Below, in pieces: positions 26,996 through 39,131 of a stretch of 64,000 nt of DNA (the first letter of the stretch is position 1; each line of letters opens with the position of its first letter). The translations under genes and the position numbers were made by a program. The notes beneath the pieces were generated by a model. The model saw nothing but the letters and a program-made list of their open reading frames with translations. It did not search any database and was not told the origin of the DNA. The DNA comes from Haliotis cracherodii (lineage: Eukaryota), in NCBI RefSeq assembly GCF_022045235.1, contig NW_027266343.1:18290001-18354000 (forward strand), given 5' to 3'.

Positions 26996-27259
26996 TTTGT
27001 TGTTTAACACCGCCCTAAGCAATATTCCAGCTTTATGAAGGAGGTCTATAAATAAGTCTGCACCAGACAATCCAGTGACTGACATCATGAGCATTGATCT
27101 ACGCAAATGGGATAAGATGACATACATCAACCAAGTAAGCGAGCCTGACCACCCGATCCCATTAGCATAATTAGTTGCCTCTTACGACAAACCAGCACTT
27201 CACTTCATACGGCAAGCATGTGTTGCTGAAGACCTATTCTAACCCAGATCTTCACAGGT
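26996..27259 (-). mobile_element. SINE-like family B
   Basis: Matches 22845-23104 along its length. Confidence 0.88.
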
Positions 27260-27528
27260 TCATTCACAGATGTCGATATCATGTTTCTAAAATTATGTCT
27301 AATACACCATGATCATGATGATACACTAACATGATATGTAAAACAGAATAACTGGTATTTTTTACATCTTTATCAAAGAATTTTTCACAACAAACAGGTT
27401 GTTTTTATTTTTAAATGTATGCGGTTAATGACCTGCAAATAATCATCTGTGCCTTTTTTTATTCATAGAATCACAGACCAACACATATAACACCATATAG
27501 ATATATATGTTTATACTGCCTTTGGTAC

Positions 27529-27637
27529 CTTTAAGTGTATCTTTGTCTTCCTTCAACATGGTATTGTTCTTGGAAGGACCTGATGGAGGTCGACTGGTGT
27601 TTAATGTATTCAATTTCGAACGATCGTTGTCCTTCGT
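27529..27637 (-). CDS. Divergent gene exon 2
   Basis: Acceptor TTTATTTTGCAG|ACG, phase 0. Encodes TKDNDRSKLNTLNTSRPPSGPSKNNTMLKEDKDTLK. Donor AAG|GTACCA, phase 1. Confidence 0.72.
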
Positions 27638-27855
27638 CTGCAAAATAAACAAAAGACAGAAAATTAACCACTCGTGACTGATGGTGATTATTATAACCCA
27701 TGCATTTATTCGAAAAAAACTTTAGAACTAAAACATCATTGGATCTTTCACGAAACACCGTGGGGTGGAACCACTTACACAGATTATTAAGCTTCCTTTC
27801 AGTGTTTTAAAGCTAGCAACATGTTTATTCGTTTGAATTTTCAAGCACTACTCAC

Positions 27856-28005
27856 CTGTTGTAGACGTTTGATCGCAGTCCCATGTATGGTTCTGCGTCG
27901 TCTTTTCGAGATCAGACCACACCCCTGGACAGTAAAACTTAGTTCCAGATCGTCAGCAGACTGAAATTGGTCATCCCGCTTACGTTTCGTCGAAAATGTA
28001 TCCAT
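27856..28005 (-). CDS. Divergent gene exon 1 (basic N-terminus; possibly rhotekin family)
   Basis: AAAATGG start in a CpG-rich region. Encodes MDTFSTKRKRDDQ...ISKRRRRTIHGTAIKRLQQ. Donor CAG|GTGAGT, phase 0. Confidence 0.78.
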
Positions 28006-30151
28006 TTTGCCTAGCAACACTAAGAATTTAAAAACCAAATTCCCCGCTTCCGATTATCATCAACCACTCGCATCCCTGTTGACCCCTGGCGGAACAGGTG
28101 CGCGTTACCAAAGGGAGACAACTTTTTATCACGCGTGAAGAGCCAACGACCAGGCTCTGGACCAGATGCAATATTTGCATTAAAGCTTTCTCAAGCAAAT
28201 TGATGCCATATATTATTTTTTTCGTCAACAGTAACAATAACCGGTTTGGTGTTTTTAATCACATTAAATTATGTCATGGAATTATCACCGACAAAAAAAA
28301 GAGAATTTATTTTCTGTTTGTACAAGTGGTTACCAAGATTCCTTTCTAAATGAGAGAATGTTATGTCTGTATATATAACAATTCTCAATAATTACACGTG
28401 GTAAAATGATTGTGCATCGTGTGGCAAAATCATAATTATTTATTGTAAAAAGTAAAGTAATTAAAGTTGTATATATTACACTGACTTATTACACAATATA
28501 TCAGACCCGTCAACCTATAACTGCTTTGGCGGATGCGACTTATCGTAGATGGTGGTCGGTTGTTAGAATAGTTAATTAACAGAGTTTTAGGCATAAAATG
28601 TTGGACATTTTGAAGAATTATTACGCACCATTTTTCTGTGCAGGTTAAACCTTATAGCAAGAAGACATATATTCAATCACGTTTTTACTTCGAGTGCAAA
28701 AGTTTCGTTCTTCAAATACTATTTCTGTATTAACTACTGCAGCTAGGGTTCAACACATATAAAATAATTTTATTTTAATCTTTCATAAACGGATCCTCGC
28801 ATCAACATAACTCAAAATAGGTTTAGAAAAATGTGTTTTTATCTGCTTACATTTATTTAGGCACGGGTATTAAATTGGGAATGCTTGCAGCCGAGCAAAC
28901 GACAACCCTCAGTGGCCGATCAAGGGGAGGGGATTTCTAGTAAATGTAACCACCTCCCCTAAAAATATATGAAAAAAATGTTATCTACCATGATTACATG
29001 TTTGGTGTTAAAGTTTATTAATAATGATTTACATATTGTGTTTGTGATTTTTGGGGTGTACTCCCCGCGCCTCTTACGACAAGCAAAGACGCCTTTTACG
29101 ATAAGGATGGGTTGCTGAAGACCTATTCTAACCTGGATACAGCATGTAGAGACGTACGTTACTGCCGTTCAGACATATCATTTGTCATTTGATCCTTTGC
29201 CACGCCAGTCAACTATTGCAGTATCGACAATTAGAAATGGATTCGACAAAAATACCTCGTTATAGATCCAAGAGCTATGAAAATGTATTACCGTGTGAAA
29301 AAATTAGATCTGTAACAGACAACAACCACTTGATCATAACTAAATGTGATTATCCAAATGAAGAGGTGTATAGGAATATATGGACTTGGTTGGTTTGAAC
29401 GGCGACAAAGGAAACAGTAACAATGACATGTCTGATATTGATGACACAGAATTTATCTCGTTCCATCTTTACTGGAACAACTTAGGGAACATGGGCACAT
29501 GGAGTCGTATTCAAGAAAGTGCCTTTCAATTAATCTCACAACAAATAACAGATGCTATCCGAGCAAGGATGTCACCCACGTCTATAATAGCACACCATAT
29601 TTATACGCCCATGTGGCATGTGGTCGATGTCAACATGGGTTATTGGATTTGTGATAATCAGGCATGAAACTGAGACAAAAGTTATACCTTGTAGATTAAT
29701 CACACTGTGTACATGTATAACATTGATAACATGCTATGCATACACTGCGCGTATGTTGAGGGCTCCTCAAACGCAGCGGAGCGGCCAGAGAAAAAGCAAT
29801 ATTCACCATGTGTCTGCAGAAAGTACTTTTCCGCGTACAGTGTTATTTTACACACCCAAACGTAAACATGCAGAGGCTATCTAACCGAATACACAACAAT
29901 TCCATATGCATACAGCCAGTGTGTTGATTTTCCGTGATTACACAACAGTTCTATGGATTTACGAGCACTTCGAGCATGCAGGTGTCCGTCAGTTTTAGAT
30001 GTGTCGGTGATAGAGAAGAAAAACATGGTTTATGAATGTGTCACATACTGTGCACATCAAAACAGAATCACATGCCAAATTTAAATATATACACTGACTA
30101 AATGACGTATTATAAAACTGTGGAAATACTAGCAAATAATTTCACTGCAAA

Positions 30152-30515
30152 TAGGGCTGGGACGAGTGCAAATTTACTACCCCCCTATTACCCGACCCTT
30201 CCGGGTATCCGCTGTAGGTCTCTAGAGATGGGTACATATGTCTGATTGGATATAGTTTGACCATTGCCCTGGCAAAATATATTCAGATACTCGTATAAAA
30301 CGATCTGGTCATTCATACACTGAAGTTAACTGAACTTTTATCTCTATTAAAACATATAAAGTCAGAAGGAATGCGTGCAAAGTCAGAAGATACGCTAACA
30401 TAGTCACTTGTAGTGTAACCGTGGAAGTTCTAGATACGTTTTGCCATTGAACAATATATCACGTGACTAACCACGGCTCCGGGTAGTACTGTGGGAACCA
30501 CCCGACCCGAGTTGA
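30152..30515. mobile_element. Second copy of the hAT MITE, inverted, lacking the nested insert
   Basis: Starts TAGGGCTGGGACGAGT. Reverse-complement similarity to both halves of 32713-34198. Confidence 0.8.
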
Positions 30516-30519
30516 TCAG

Positions 30520-31018
30520 TATGTGACGCATCGATCATGTCAAATTAAAATAGACAAACGTCGATAACCGTGAGGTGCGTCTGTAAAATATTTCAAGTGA
30601 ACTTTAATGAAAGAAGCGGCTATAAAATCCACCAACCCTCGCGTTCAAATGTGAATGACGGTACAAGGGAGCAAACCCACAGAGATATATTCGGATGAGT
30701 TCAATGCACTGCAGCGTAATTCAAACAACGTTCTGATGACAATGTATTATCAAACATATTAAACATTTTGATATCTAGTATGCTCCTACAAACAGCATTG
30801 ACTGTATTTATTTGATACGATTGAAAAGTTGAGACGAGCGTACGAACCGTTAACCCCCTCTGAATAGACTCTTCCAACAACATGCAACAGTTGTGGGTGC
30901 CAAAGTGGGTCATTCCACAGCAGAATAGTGCTGTTGGTGCCTGGCAAATGGAATTTTGACCAGACGTCCGGCGTTCGACATGAAGGCGGTGTTTTGGAGA
31001 GGATATCTACCCAAACAG
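30520..31018 (+). promoter_or_regulatory. Probable FBXO41 promoter and non-coding first exon
   Basis: Local CpG enrichment, CRE-like half sites (TGACG), and donor CAG|GTACCA at 31018/31019. The upstream acceptor at 38814 implies an earlier exon. TSS not resolvable. Confidence 0.45.
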
Positions 31019-31296
31019 GTACCAATTTTGATTTAAAGTCAGACACTCATATATCAGCATCAGTACCATCTGAGTTAGATAACACAGATTTGAGGGCAAA
31101 GTTTTAGGATAGGCAACCGGAACTGCCCTAGGATTTGACAGTACAGGCGGTGAATGAATAGTGTCCCGGATTTACAACCGATGACGTTTTATTACTCTGT
31201 GGCTATTTATTTGAAATACTTATTTGATTAACAGTTTGAATTTACTTCCACATCACAAATCCAATGGTCCTATTTTCCAGCCAGTTCTTATGAGTG

Positions 31297-31326
31297 AATA
31301 ATAATAATAATAATAATAATATTGAA

Positions 31327-31377
<51 letters not shown>
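31297..31377. repeat. (AAT)n microsatellite
   Basis: Direct inspection. Confidence 0.9.
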
Positions 31378-31378
<1 letters not shown>

Positions 31379-31741
31379 TACAGCATAGTAATAAATGTTG
31401 GAATGAATAAAGTATTCACCTTAATAGTGTATAGGAAAATTACTAATACTGATTAACACTAATTTACAATCTCTGGGGTTCTTTGATCAGTGACTTCAAA
31501 TGACCTTTGAAAGTAAATATTTGTTTGAATGAAAAATAACCATGATTGAAAAATGAGTGCACATATTGAACAAAACAGTGACTGAAATTTACACAGTGGC
31601 AGTCAGTTAAGGGAGATAATTCTGTAGTTACCCTACAATTTACAACTGACTACTACAATAACAAACTGAGGAAAGTGGGTGACTTAAAGTCTAAAACTTA
31701 TATTAAATATATATTGGTATGTGGTCTCATGTCATTCCTAG

Positions 31742-31861
31742 GTAGACACAGTTTATGGATAACAACTTCTTTATTCAATGTAAAAGGCAACATTCTGGTT
31801 TAGATCTGTTCAACATCGCCTTAAGTAAATAGAGAAGTTGTTATCCATAAATTGTGTTTAC
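31742..31861. mobile_element. Small hairpin MITE
   Basis: ~29-bp inverted ends GTAGACACAGTTTATGGATAACAACTTCT / AGAAGTTGTTATCCATAAATTGTGTTTAC. Confidence 0.7.
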
Positions 31862-32712
31862 TTTGTCATCTGTCAACTTCTAAGTAATGTCTATCAAACA
31901 AGGTCATGCAAAGACATGCGTTTTTAATGCTTAGTCAGCTAGCATCATAGCTATGCTCATGAGTTGTGTTAATTTCATTTGCGATCCCCTCAATTTTTCT
32001 CTGTGTCATTTTTTATTACCCCCACGCCCACCCCCAATCTCACCACACCCCACTCCCCTATAGTAAATGATCAGGCCCTGACCAAGTGTTTAAGTCTATG
32101 ACTTGCATCCCTTGGGCTTTCCTCCAACATCAAGCTTAGATATACTGTATATATAATGCAGCACAGTGCAGGGCTCACTGTTGATGGGAATTTCAGTTTG
32201 TCATGGTAAGTAAGGCATAGTTAAAGTAATATTTCAACAAAGACATCCGAAACAAGAAGTGATAAATAATCAATAGATTTCGTTTTAAGATTCTGGATTA
32301 AGTAATTCCAGCTCTATACAAAAGCCACCACACCCTGACATTAATGACGCTGGTGGGACCATTTAAAGACATTTGTCATTTAATGATGTAAATTACAGCT
32401 TGGGAATTTCTTTTAGCAATAGTGTAAGCATCATAAACCATTAACATGATAATGTGATGTCTGGTGATTATAGGAGCTAAACCTATAGTTTTGAGGTTTT
32501 GAATGAAGATTTTGAAACCTTAACATTCAACACATAGCAGGAAAATATATCTACTTTCTACCATGGCATTATACATGTCTGGTGATATCTAATGTACTGT
32601 GGCATCGGTTCTGTCAAATATTTACAGTATGTGCTAGTTCAGTCATCAATACCATTGTTATTCCAAGGAATACTGTAAAGAAATGAGTCTTAACCAGACA
32701 CGTGGTTGATAG

Positions 32713-34198
32713 TAGAGCTGGGACGGGCAACTCGGGTACCCGGGTCGGGTGGGTACTGAGTGAGACCCGGGTACCCACATGACTACCCGGACCCGTGGTT
32801 AGTCACGTGATATATTGTTTCATGACAAAAATATCACTGTATAACTACATGGTTATACGACAATTTTAAGTCTCTAATGTTAGCATTTCTTCACTATTAA
32901 CACGTTCCTTCTGACTTATGTGTGTTTGAACAAAGCTAAAACTTCAGTAAACTTCAGTGTACCGTATTTTCTTGAGTATAATGCGCACTTTTTTTTCCAA
33001 AAAACACAGCTGTGTAGAAGGGGGTGCGCATTATACACGAATTATGAGTTTGGATGTTTTTTCCTCCCATGGAAAGACATTACCGTGAGCACGAAACACC
33101 GGAAATACCATGTCAACAAATCCATACTGAAGTACGCAAAATAATTATGTAATTACACTGTCTGTCTATAAAAAGTGTTCTTTGTATTTCTGGACTTATG
33201 TTTGTAACTTACTTCATTAATTTTATTCAAAATTCCTTATAATATTGTTTTTATTAATTTCGGCGAAATCGTGTGTGAAGCGATCGGAAGATCGCACAAC
33301 TCACCGTTATTTACAGCAACCACGGTCAGAATACCGCTATTGACGCCTTGAAACGAACTTTAGTTGACAGAGAATGGATACATATATCATAAATGACATA
33401 CTTTGACCGCTCACGTGCTCACGTGCGCGTGAGCCTTGACGGTGACTGGTCAGACATGTTCCATGTAAAAATAATACCCGGGAATAGCGATCAGCTGCTT
33501 CGCTTAGGGTTATTATTATTTTAAATATGTTTAGTAAAGGCTGCATATAAATAAGAAAATAATGGAATATATTATTCCTGATAAATAAAATAGTTTCAGA
33601 TACAATTGTTGCCGATCTTTGCATTAAAAATCCTATGAAGTTATATCATTGGGTGTGTCTTGACCGAATCACCGGTCGATTCCAAGAAAACGTGTGTACA
33701 GCTGATTGCTGTTTCCGGCTTAGTTTACGAGAAAATACACAAGGTAATCTTAATCCCTAGATATAAAACAATGCCTAGCAGAACAATAAATACTTTTTAA
33801 ACGGTAAATAAACATGTCTGGTGATTTTTTATCTCAAATTTCGAATTTGTACTGACGAAGTTTCTCAGCACCCGTTCGTTTGCCGGACTTCGCTGAAAGG
33901 GTACGGTGTAAATTTTTTCTGCGCATAATATTCAAATTTCTTTTTTTCCAAAATATTGAACGCGCTAGAGGGGGGTGCGCATTATACATGGGTGCGCACT
34001 ATACTCAAGAAAATACGGTATGCATGACCACATTGTTTTTTTCATGTATCTACATACATTCTGTCAGGGCTACTGTCAAAATATTCCCAATTGGACATTT
34101 TGTACCTATCTCTTGCCACCAACAGCGGGTACCCGGGTAGGGTCGGGTAATAGGGGTGTGGATACCCGGGTAGTAAATTTGGACTCGTCTCAGCCCTA
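32713..34198. mobile_element. Non-autonomous hAT element (host of nested MITE)
   Basis: TIRs TAGAGCTGGGACG / CGTCTCAGCCCTA, perfect 8-bp TSD GTTGATAG, and subterminal ACCCG repeats. Confidence 0.9.
32962..34018. mobile_element. Tc1/mariner-type non-autonomous element nested in hAT
   Basis: TIR CCGTATTTTCTTGAGTATA(A/G)TGCGCAC at both ends, with TA TSD. Confidence 0.92.
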
Positions 34199-34834
34199 GT
34201 TGATAGCTTTAGTTAGAATTCATCGTGTCAAGGTACACAGTGTCACAGAACCATCTAGGTCCAACATTGTGATTCCCATGATGTTTTGGTTGTGTGTTTG
34301 TTGTTTAGCAGCACACTCACCAATATTCCAGCTATGTGGCAGCTGCCTGTAAATAACTGAGCCTGGACCAGAGAATTCAGTGATGGATATTATGAGCATT
34401 GATCCACTCAGTTGGGGTACAAGGACATGCTATCAACCAAGTTACCAAACTTGATTACATGGTCCATTAAGTCATCCCAACAAGCATAGGTTCCCTAACT
34501 ATTGAACTATTCTGAATCTGTCACAGTAAACTATTACTTCTGTCATTCAACATATGGTAATACTTTTCATTGTCAAATTCTGAAAAACATGATACTTAAT
34601 TAAATTAATTAATATTGTATCCATTTTTATATCTTTGATGGAGCACATTTTCTAACTTATGTTATGTTTGCATCCTGCACAGACCCAAGTGGTTTAGTTG
34701 TCATGGAAGCACATGAATCATCCATTGTTAAATGATATGACTGCATCACAGCTGCCATCACTGTGTCTCACTGCTGCTGAGAACATGTTGGAAGCGAGTG
34801 CTGTGGAAGCCTAGAGATGACTTTCGTATTTACA

Positions 34835-35215
34835 GACCACTTCCATGGTCTAGTGGTAGAGCATCCACCTGGAGAGCGGAAGGTCACGGGTTCAGTCCCC
34901 GGCCCGTCATACCAAAAGACATTAAAAGAAGGTACTTGTTGTGACCCTGCCTGGCGCTCGGCATTAAGGGGCTAAGACAAGGACTGGTCGGCTCGGGAGT
35001 GTATACTTTGCCTGTAACACTATAAAATTGGCATCAGTCNNNNNNNNNNNNNNNNNNNNNNNNNNNNNNNNNNNNNNNNNNNNNNNNNNNNNNNNNNNNN
35101 NNNNNNNNNNNNNNNNNNNNNNNNNNNNNNNNNNNNNNNNNNNNNNNNNNNNNNNNNNNNNNNNNNNNNNNNNNCAATCTTGAAGTTAAATTAAACCCCA
35201 TTTCACCTCACTTCA
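34835..35215 (+). mobile_element. tRNA-derived V-type SINE (interrupted by assembly gap)
   Basis: A box GGTCTAGTGG and B-box-like GGTTCAGTCC, then CGTCATACCAAAAGACATTAAAAGAAGGTAC...CCTGCCTGGCGCTCGGCATTAAGGG, resembling the V-SINE central domain. Confidence 0.72.
35040..35174. other. Assembly gap (N run)
   Basis: N characters. Confidence 0.99.
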
Positions 35216-35297
35216 CTCATATTTTGTATTTACAACTTCTATGCACATTATGTGTATTCCATTAACCACAGTCAGTGTAGCCTGTATACAGTTAAAA

Positions 35298-35405
35298 GGC
35301 CCCATTCCACAAAGTGATCTTCGCACTGTGACTGTCATAAGCCTATGTTAAAGTATGGGAGTTACAGTAATCCTAGAGCTAAGATCCCTTTGAGAAGCAG
35401 GGCCC
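35298..35405. mobile_element. Small MITE with GGCCC termini
   Basis: Imperfect inverted ends. A related fragment is near 7850. Confidence 0.5.
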
Positions 35406-36803
35406 TAGAGTACCATTTGGTAAGTTTAGCCAAGTTTTCAGTTCTTGAAACACACAACCAGCATAAAACCAGATTTTTTCCCAACTCAAGTATTGCTGGT
35501 CTGAGATTCAAATGGTAGACTATATCATATTTTATGACTTCAATCAGAGTTATAGGAAATCAACTTTGAACAGATGGTATCATTGAATGCCCGACGTGAT
35601 CAATATTTCATCTGTAATCAGCATGTGTTGTGACTAGCTCTGCATCTCGCCTGTCCTGCATTATTTATCAGCCTCTGTACCTGTTGAAGTTCGTTAAGGA
35701 TGCTGTCAGATTGCCAGACGAAGGTGACTGAATGGCATCAGTAACTAGGTGACTTTGGGATGGTTTAGAAATCAGGATGTTGTCAAGAAATTTGACGGTT
35801 TTCATTTACAGGTGAGATATGGATATGCATTTCCTTGTATTCTTCCACACATATGTTTGAATCAGGCCAACATGTTCTCTTGAATAATGGATCAGCTACT
35901 GCAGAATGGGAGCTGAGAGTAACCAGGCTCTGCGTTGCTGACCACTGACCAGTTATACTGACCAAAGGGGCCAGGTCCTGCAGTGTAATGTCTGATTCAA
36001 GGTGTATTGGTTAGATAGTGTGCAACATTAAACTGATTGCTAGTGTATATGGTAATTTGGGTCTGTCTATGATCGTTGAATATGTGACTGAATAAGTTCC
36101 TGTTATAGTTGCTCCAGTTTATCTGACAATAATTATTATATATTGTCCCAAAACAAAGGATAATGGTTTTCTTGATGTTGATCGGAGAAAGCTGATTGGT
36201 CTCTGATCAAGTGATTGGGTCTTTCATGGCATTAACTGCCATTTTTATAAAACATGACAATATGCTTTTTCCCTGTTCATTTATATCTAATTAGTTCATC
36301 CTTCAAGTACAGGGTCCAATGATCCACATACTACATGTTTGATGTTGTCAGTCATACTCACTGACAGTTACTGTGAGATGTAGAAAACCCATTCAATGAT
36401 TTTAAGGCGTTGCTAGCTTCATGTGTGATTCATCATGGTATCAAATTACAGAAGCTGGGATGTCTATTGATGTATATGTGTTATTTTAGTGTGTAGATGA
36501 TTATGTTTATTCAATTTATTGATAAAAATACAGAGAGGCATCCCGAATATTCTGTAAAAGGAATATGATGTATTCCTGAATATACTCATGCTTTGTATTC
36601 CTTGAACTAAGCACCTGCTCCTATTAACCCCAGCATATTTGTGAAACAAAAAGTTAACATGTTTCAATGTCATTGCCAATCTTTATTTTTGTATTTTTGT
36701 ATATCTTAATGAATTATTCAGAAGCTTTGCCAAGTTAGGGTGAAGCGGAAAGGTGCTCTTATTAAGCATCCACTCTTGGATACTTTGTGTCAAATATGGT
36801 GTA

Positions 36804-37136
36804 CCGTATTCAATGTAATAAGCGCCCAGGGCGCTCTCAAAATTAGAAATAGGGGGCGCTTATTAGAATATTATTTTGAGTTGAAAGATCGTAAATTTCA
36901 TGGTTTATGCTGACAACCTGAAATGTTTACATACGACAGATATATTTTTCAAGAATTTAATTGCCCATAATTAAGGGTGATATAACACACGAGTGCGTAT
37001 TATACACAAATAAATAAGTTTTGTGTACATTGATCGATTGGAAGGGGTGCTGATTGGGATTGTTCACTAGACAATATATTAGCAAATATCGCCGTGGACG
37101 CTTATTAGACCAGGATGCTTATAACGTCGAATACGG
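36804..37136. mobile_element. Tc1/mariner-type MITE
   Basis: TIR CCGTATTC(A/G)A(T/C)GT. A second copy is at 20846-21193. Confidence 0.82.
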
Positions 37137-37458
37137 TGTGTTGTTTCTGCACGATGATTGTGTTTTTGTGTCACATGGTGTGGTCCAGTGGTATTTGTTT
37201 GATTCTGGCGGGGCCATTGTCAGCATTGTTCTGTTGGGTGAACTGTACTGATACAGAGATACATTTGTACAACATTAGGTATACTAAACAATAGTTTGAT
37301 CACTGTTGTCTAGACAGTGGCCAATGTGTGTCTTCAGGGTCAATTAATTCCAGACGTAGTATTATACTGCCAGTTTTCACAGAGTGATGTGTATGCTGTC
37401 CTGCTTTTATATGCATATTGTAGGTCTTCAGCATGTTTATGATATTGTAAACTCTGTA

Positions 37459-37681
37459 TGTTTGTTTAACGCCGCACTCAGCAATATTCCAGCCGTATGA
37501 CGGTGGTCTGTAAACAATCGAGTCTTGACCAGTCAATCCAGTGATTGATAGCATGAGCATTGATCCATTGGGATATGATGACATACATCAACCAAGTCGG
37601 CGAGCCTGACCACCCAATCCTGATACGACAACCATATTTACCTTTCACAGCAAACCTATTCTAACCTGGATCTTCAAAGGT
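37459..37681 (-). mobile_element. SINE-like family B
   Basis: Same consensus with internal deletions. Confidence 0.85.
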
Positions 37682-37852
37682 GTAAACTATTTGAAATGTC
37701 AAAGGCGTAAGAATATCAACTCTATTTGAAATATAAGAAGTGTATGCTAAAGGATACAGACTTTATATTTCCTATTGTATCGGGGGCATACTATCATGGT
37801 GTTTAGTTAAATATTTGTGTCACAAAATGTAACATGATATTATTGTTATATA

Positions 37853-38027
37853 CAGTAAACTATGGTTATAACAAAGTCAAAGGGACTACTATTTTTAGTT
37901 CGTTATAACCGTAATTCGTTACAAGCCTATATACAGCATAACTACAGCAAATAGTCGGGACTAAAAAGTTAGTTCGTTATATCTGTCAGTTCGTTATAAG
38001 CGTGTTCGTTATAACCGTAGTTTACTG
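37853..38027. mobile_element. Tigger/pogo-like MITE
   Basis: TIR CAGTAAACTA(T/C)GGTTATAAC, TA TSD, and internal TTCGTTATA repeats. An inverted sibling is at 3881-4053. Confidence 0.85.
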
Positions 38028-39131
38028 TATAGTGAATTTGCTTGTGACTAGTGTCAATATTTTTTGATTTGGCATTCTTCTATACCGTTATGAAATTTGA
38101 AAAATGTCCTAGAAATGAGATGATCTGAAACCTTGTTATATATTTCATTTTCATAGCAGCCACACAGAATGTAAATAAATAAATTATCCAAGAAAACTTT
38201 AAAAAAAAATTAAAAAAATATTCTTCAGACTGTTGAAAAAAAATGAAATTGTCTGCAACAAAAATAACATTGTTGCAAGGTGTTTAAAGGTAAAAGATAT
38301 TCAGGCTCTAGTTTTGATGAAAAAATAATATGGTTTTGCAGGTGAAAAAATATCTAATCTCCAGACAAAATCCTAGCCCCTCCTCCCCTCCCCGAATATC
38401 ATTTGGTTGGTCCTAAGAATTATATTTTTGCCCATGCAAATTGTGTATTGAATTAATTGTCAGTGTATTAAATGTGAACTCTTTTGTAAAAAGAAGGCTA
38501 TTCAACAGAATTTTCGAGAGAGAGAGTGCCAGCTGTTGAGGTGTTTGACTGCAAGCGAAAGGCTTATTCATTTTTCAGTGTACAAAATATGGTGTAAACT
38601 TTGAATCGCATCAAACTATGATGACAAAAAACAAAAAATGCACATGGCAAGTGCCTGTGAACAAATGTCTTACAGTTGTTAGCAAGGGAATAATTTATTT
38701 TCCATGCAGTGAATATCATTTATTTTCATAATTGATGTAATATTGACAGTTATCAAATCTAAGTCTTTATTCCTTGATATTTTCGCGCACTAATTTGACT
38801 GATATTTCTTGCAGATGCCAGATGGTCAACTACTGAGGAAAGCTCTGTTGTCGTTAACAATGGAAGGGTCATGAGAGAATAGCTGAGAACACATGCATTA
38901 TACATAAACACATTCCTTCTCTCACCATGTGATACAAGCTATAATATCAGCAATAGTTGATGCCGTTATTGTGATAAACAACGGCAACGCGAACTGGTAT
39001 ATAAATGATACAGATGGACTGACGAAATGATGATGACAAATACCCTTGATAAAACTGTTTGAAACAAGTTAAAACATGATGTGATACTCAAAAGTGTTGC
39101 TAAAAATATATAGCATTTGGAAGTTTACAAA

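Noticed and set aside
29189-29884. Small gene in the intergenic region between the divergent genes
   Set aside because: Short ORFs in different frames, with no recognisable homology or consistent splice sites.
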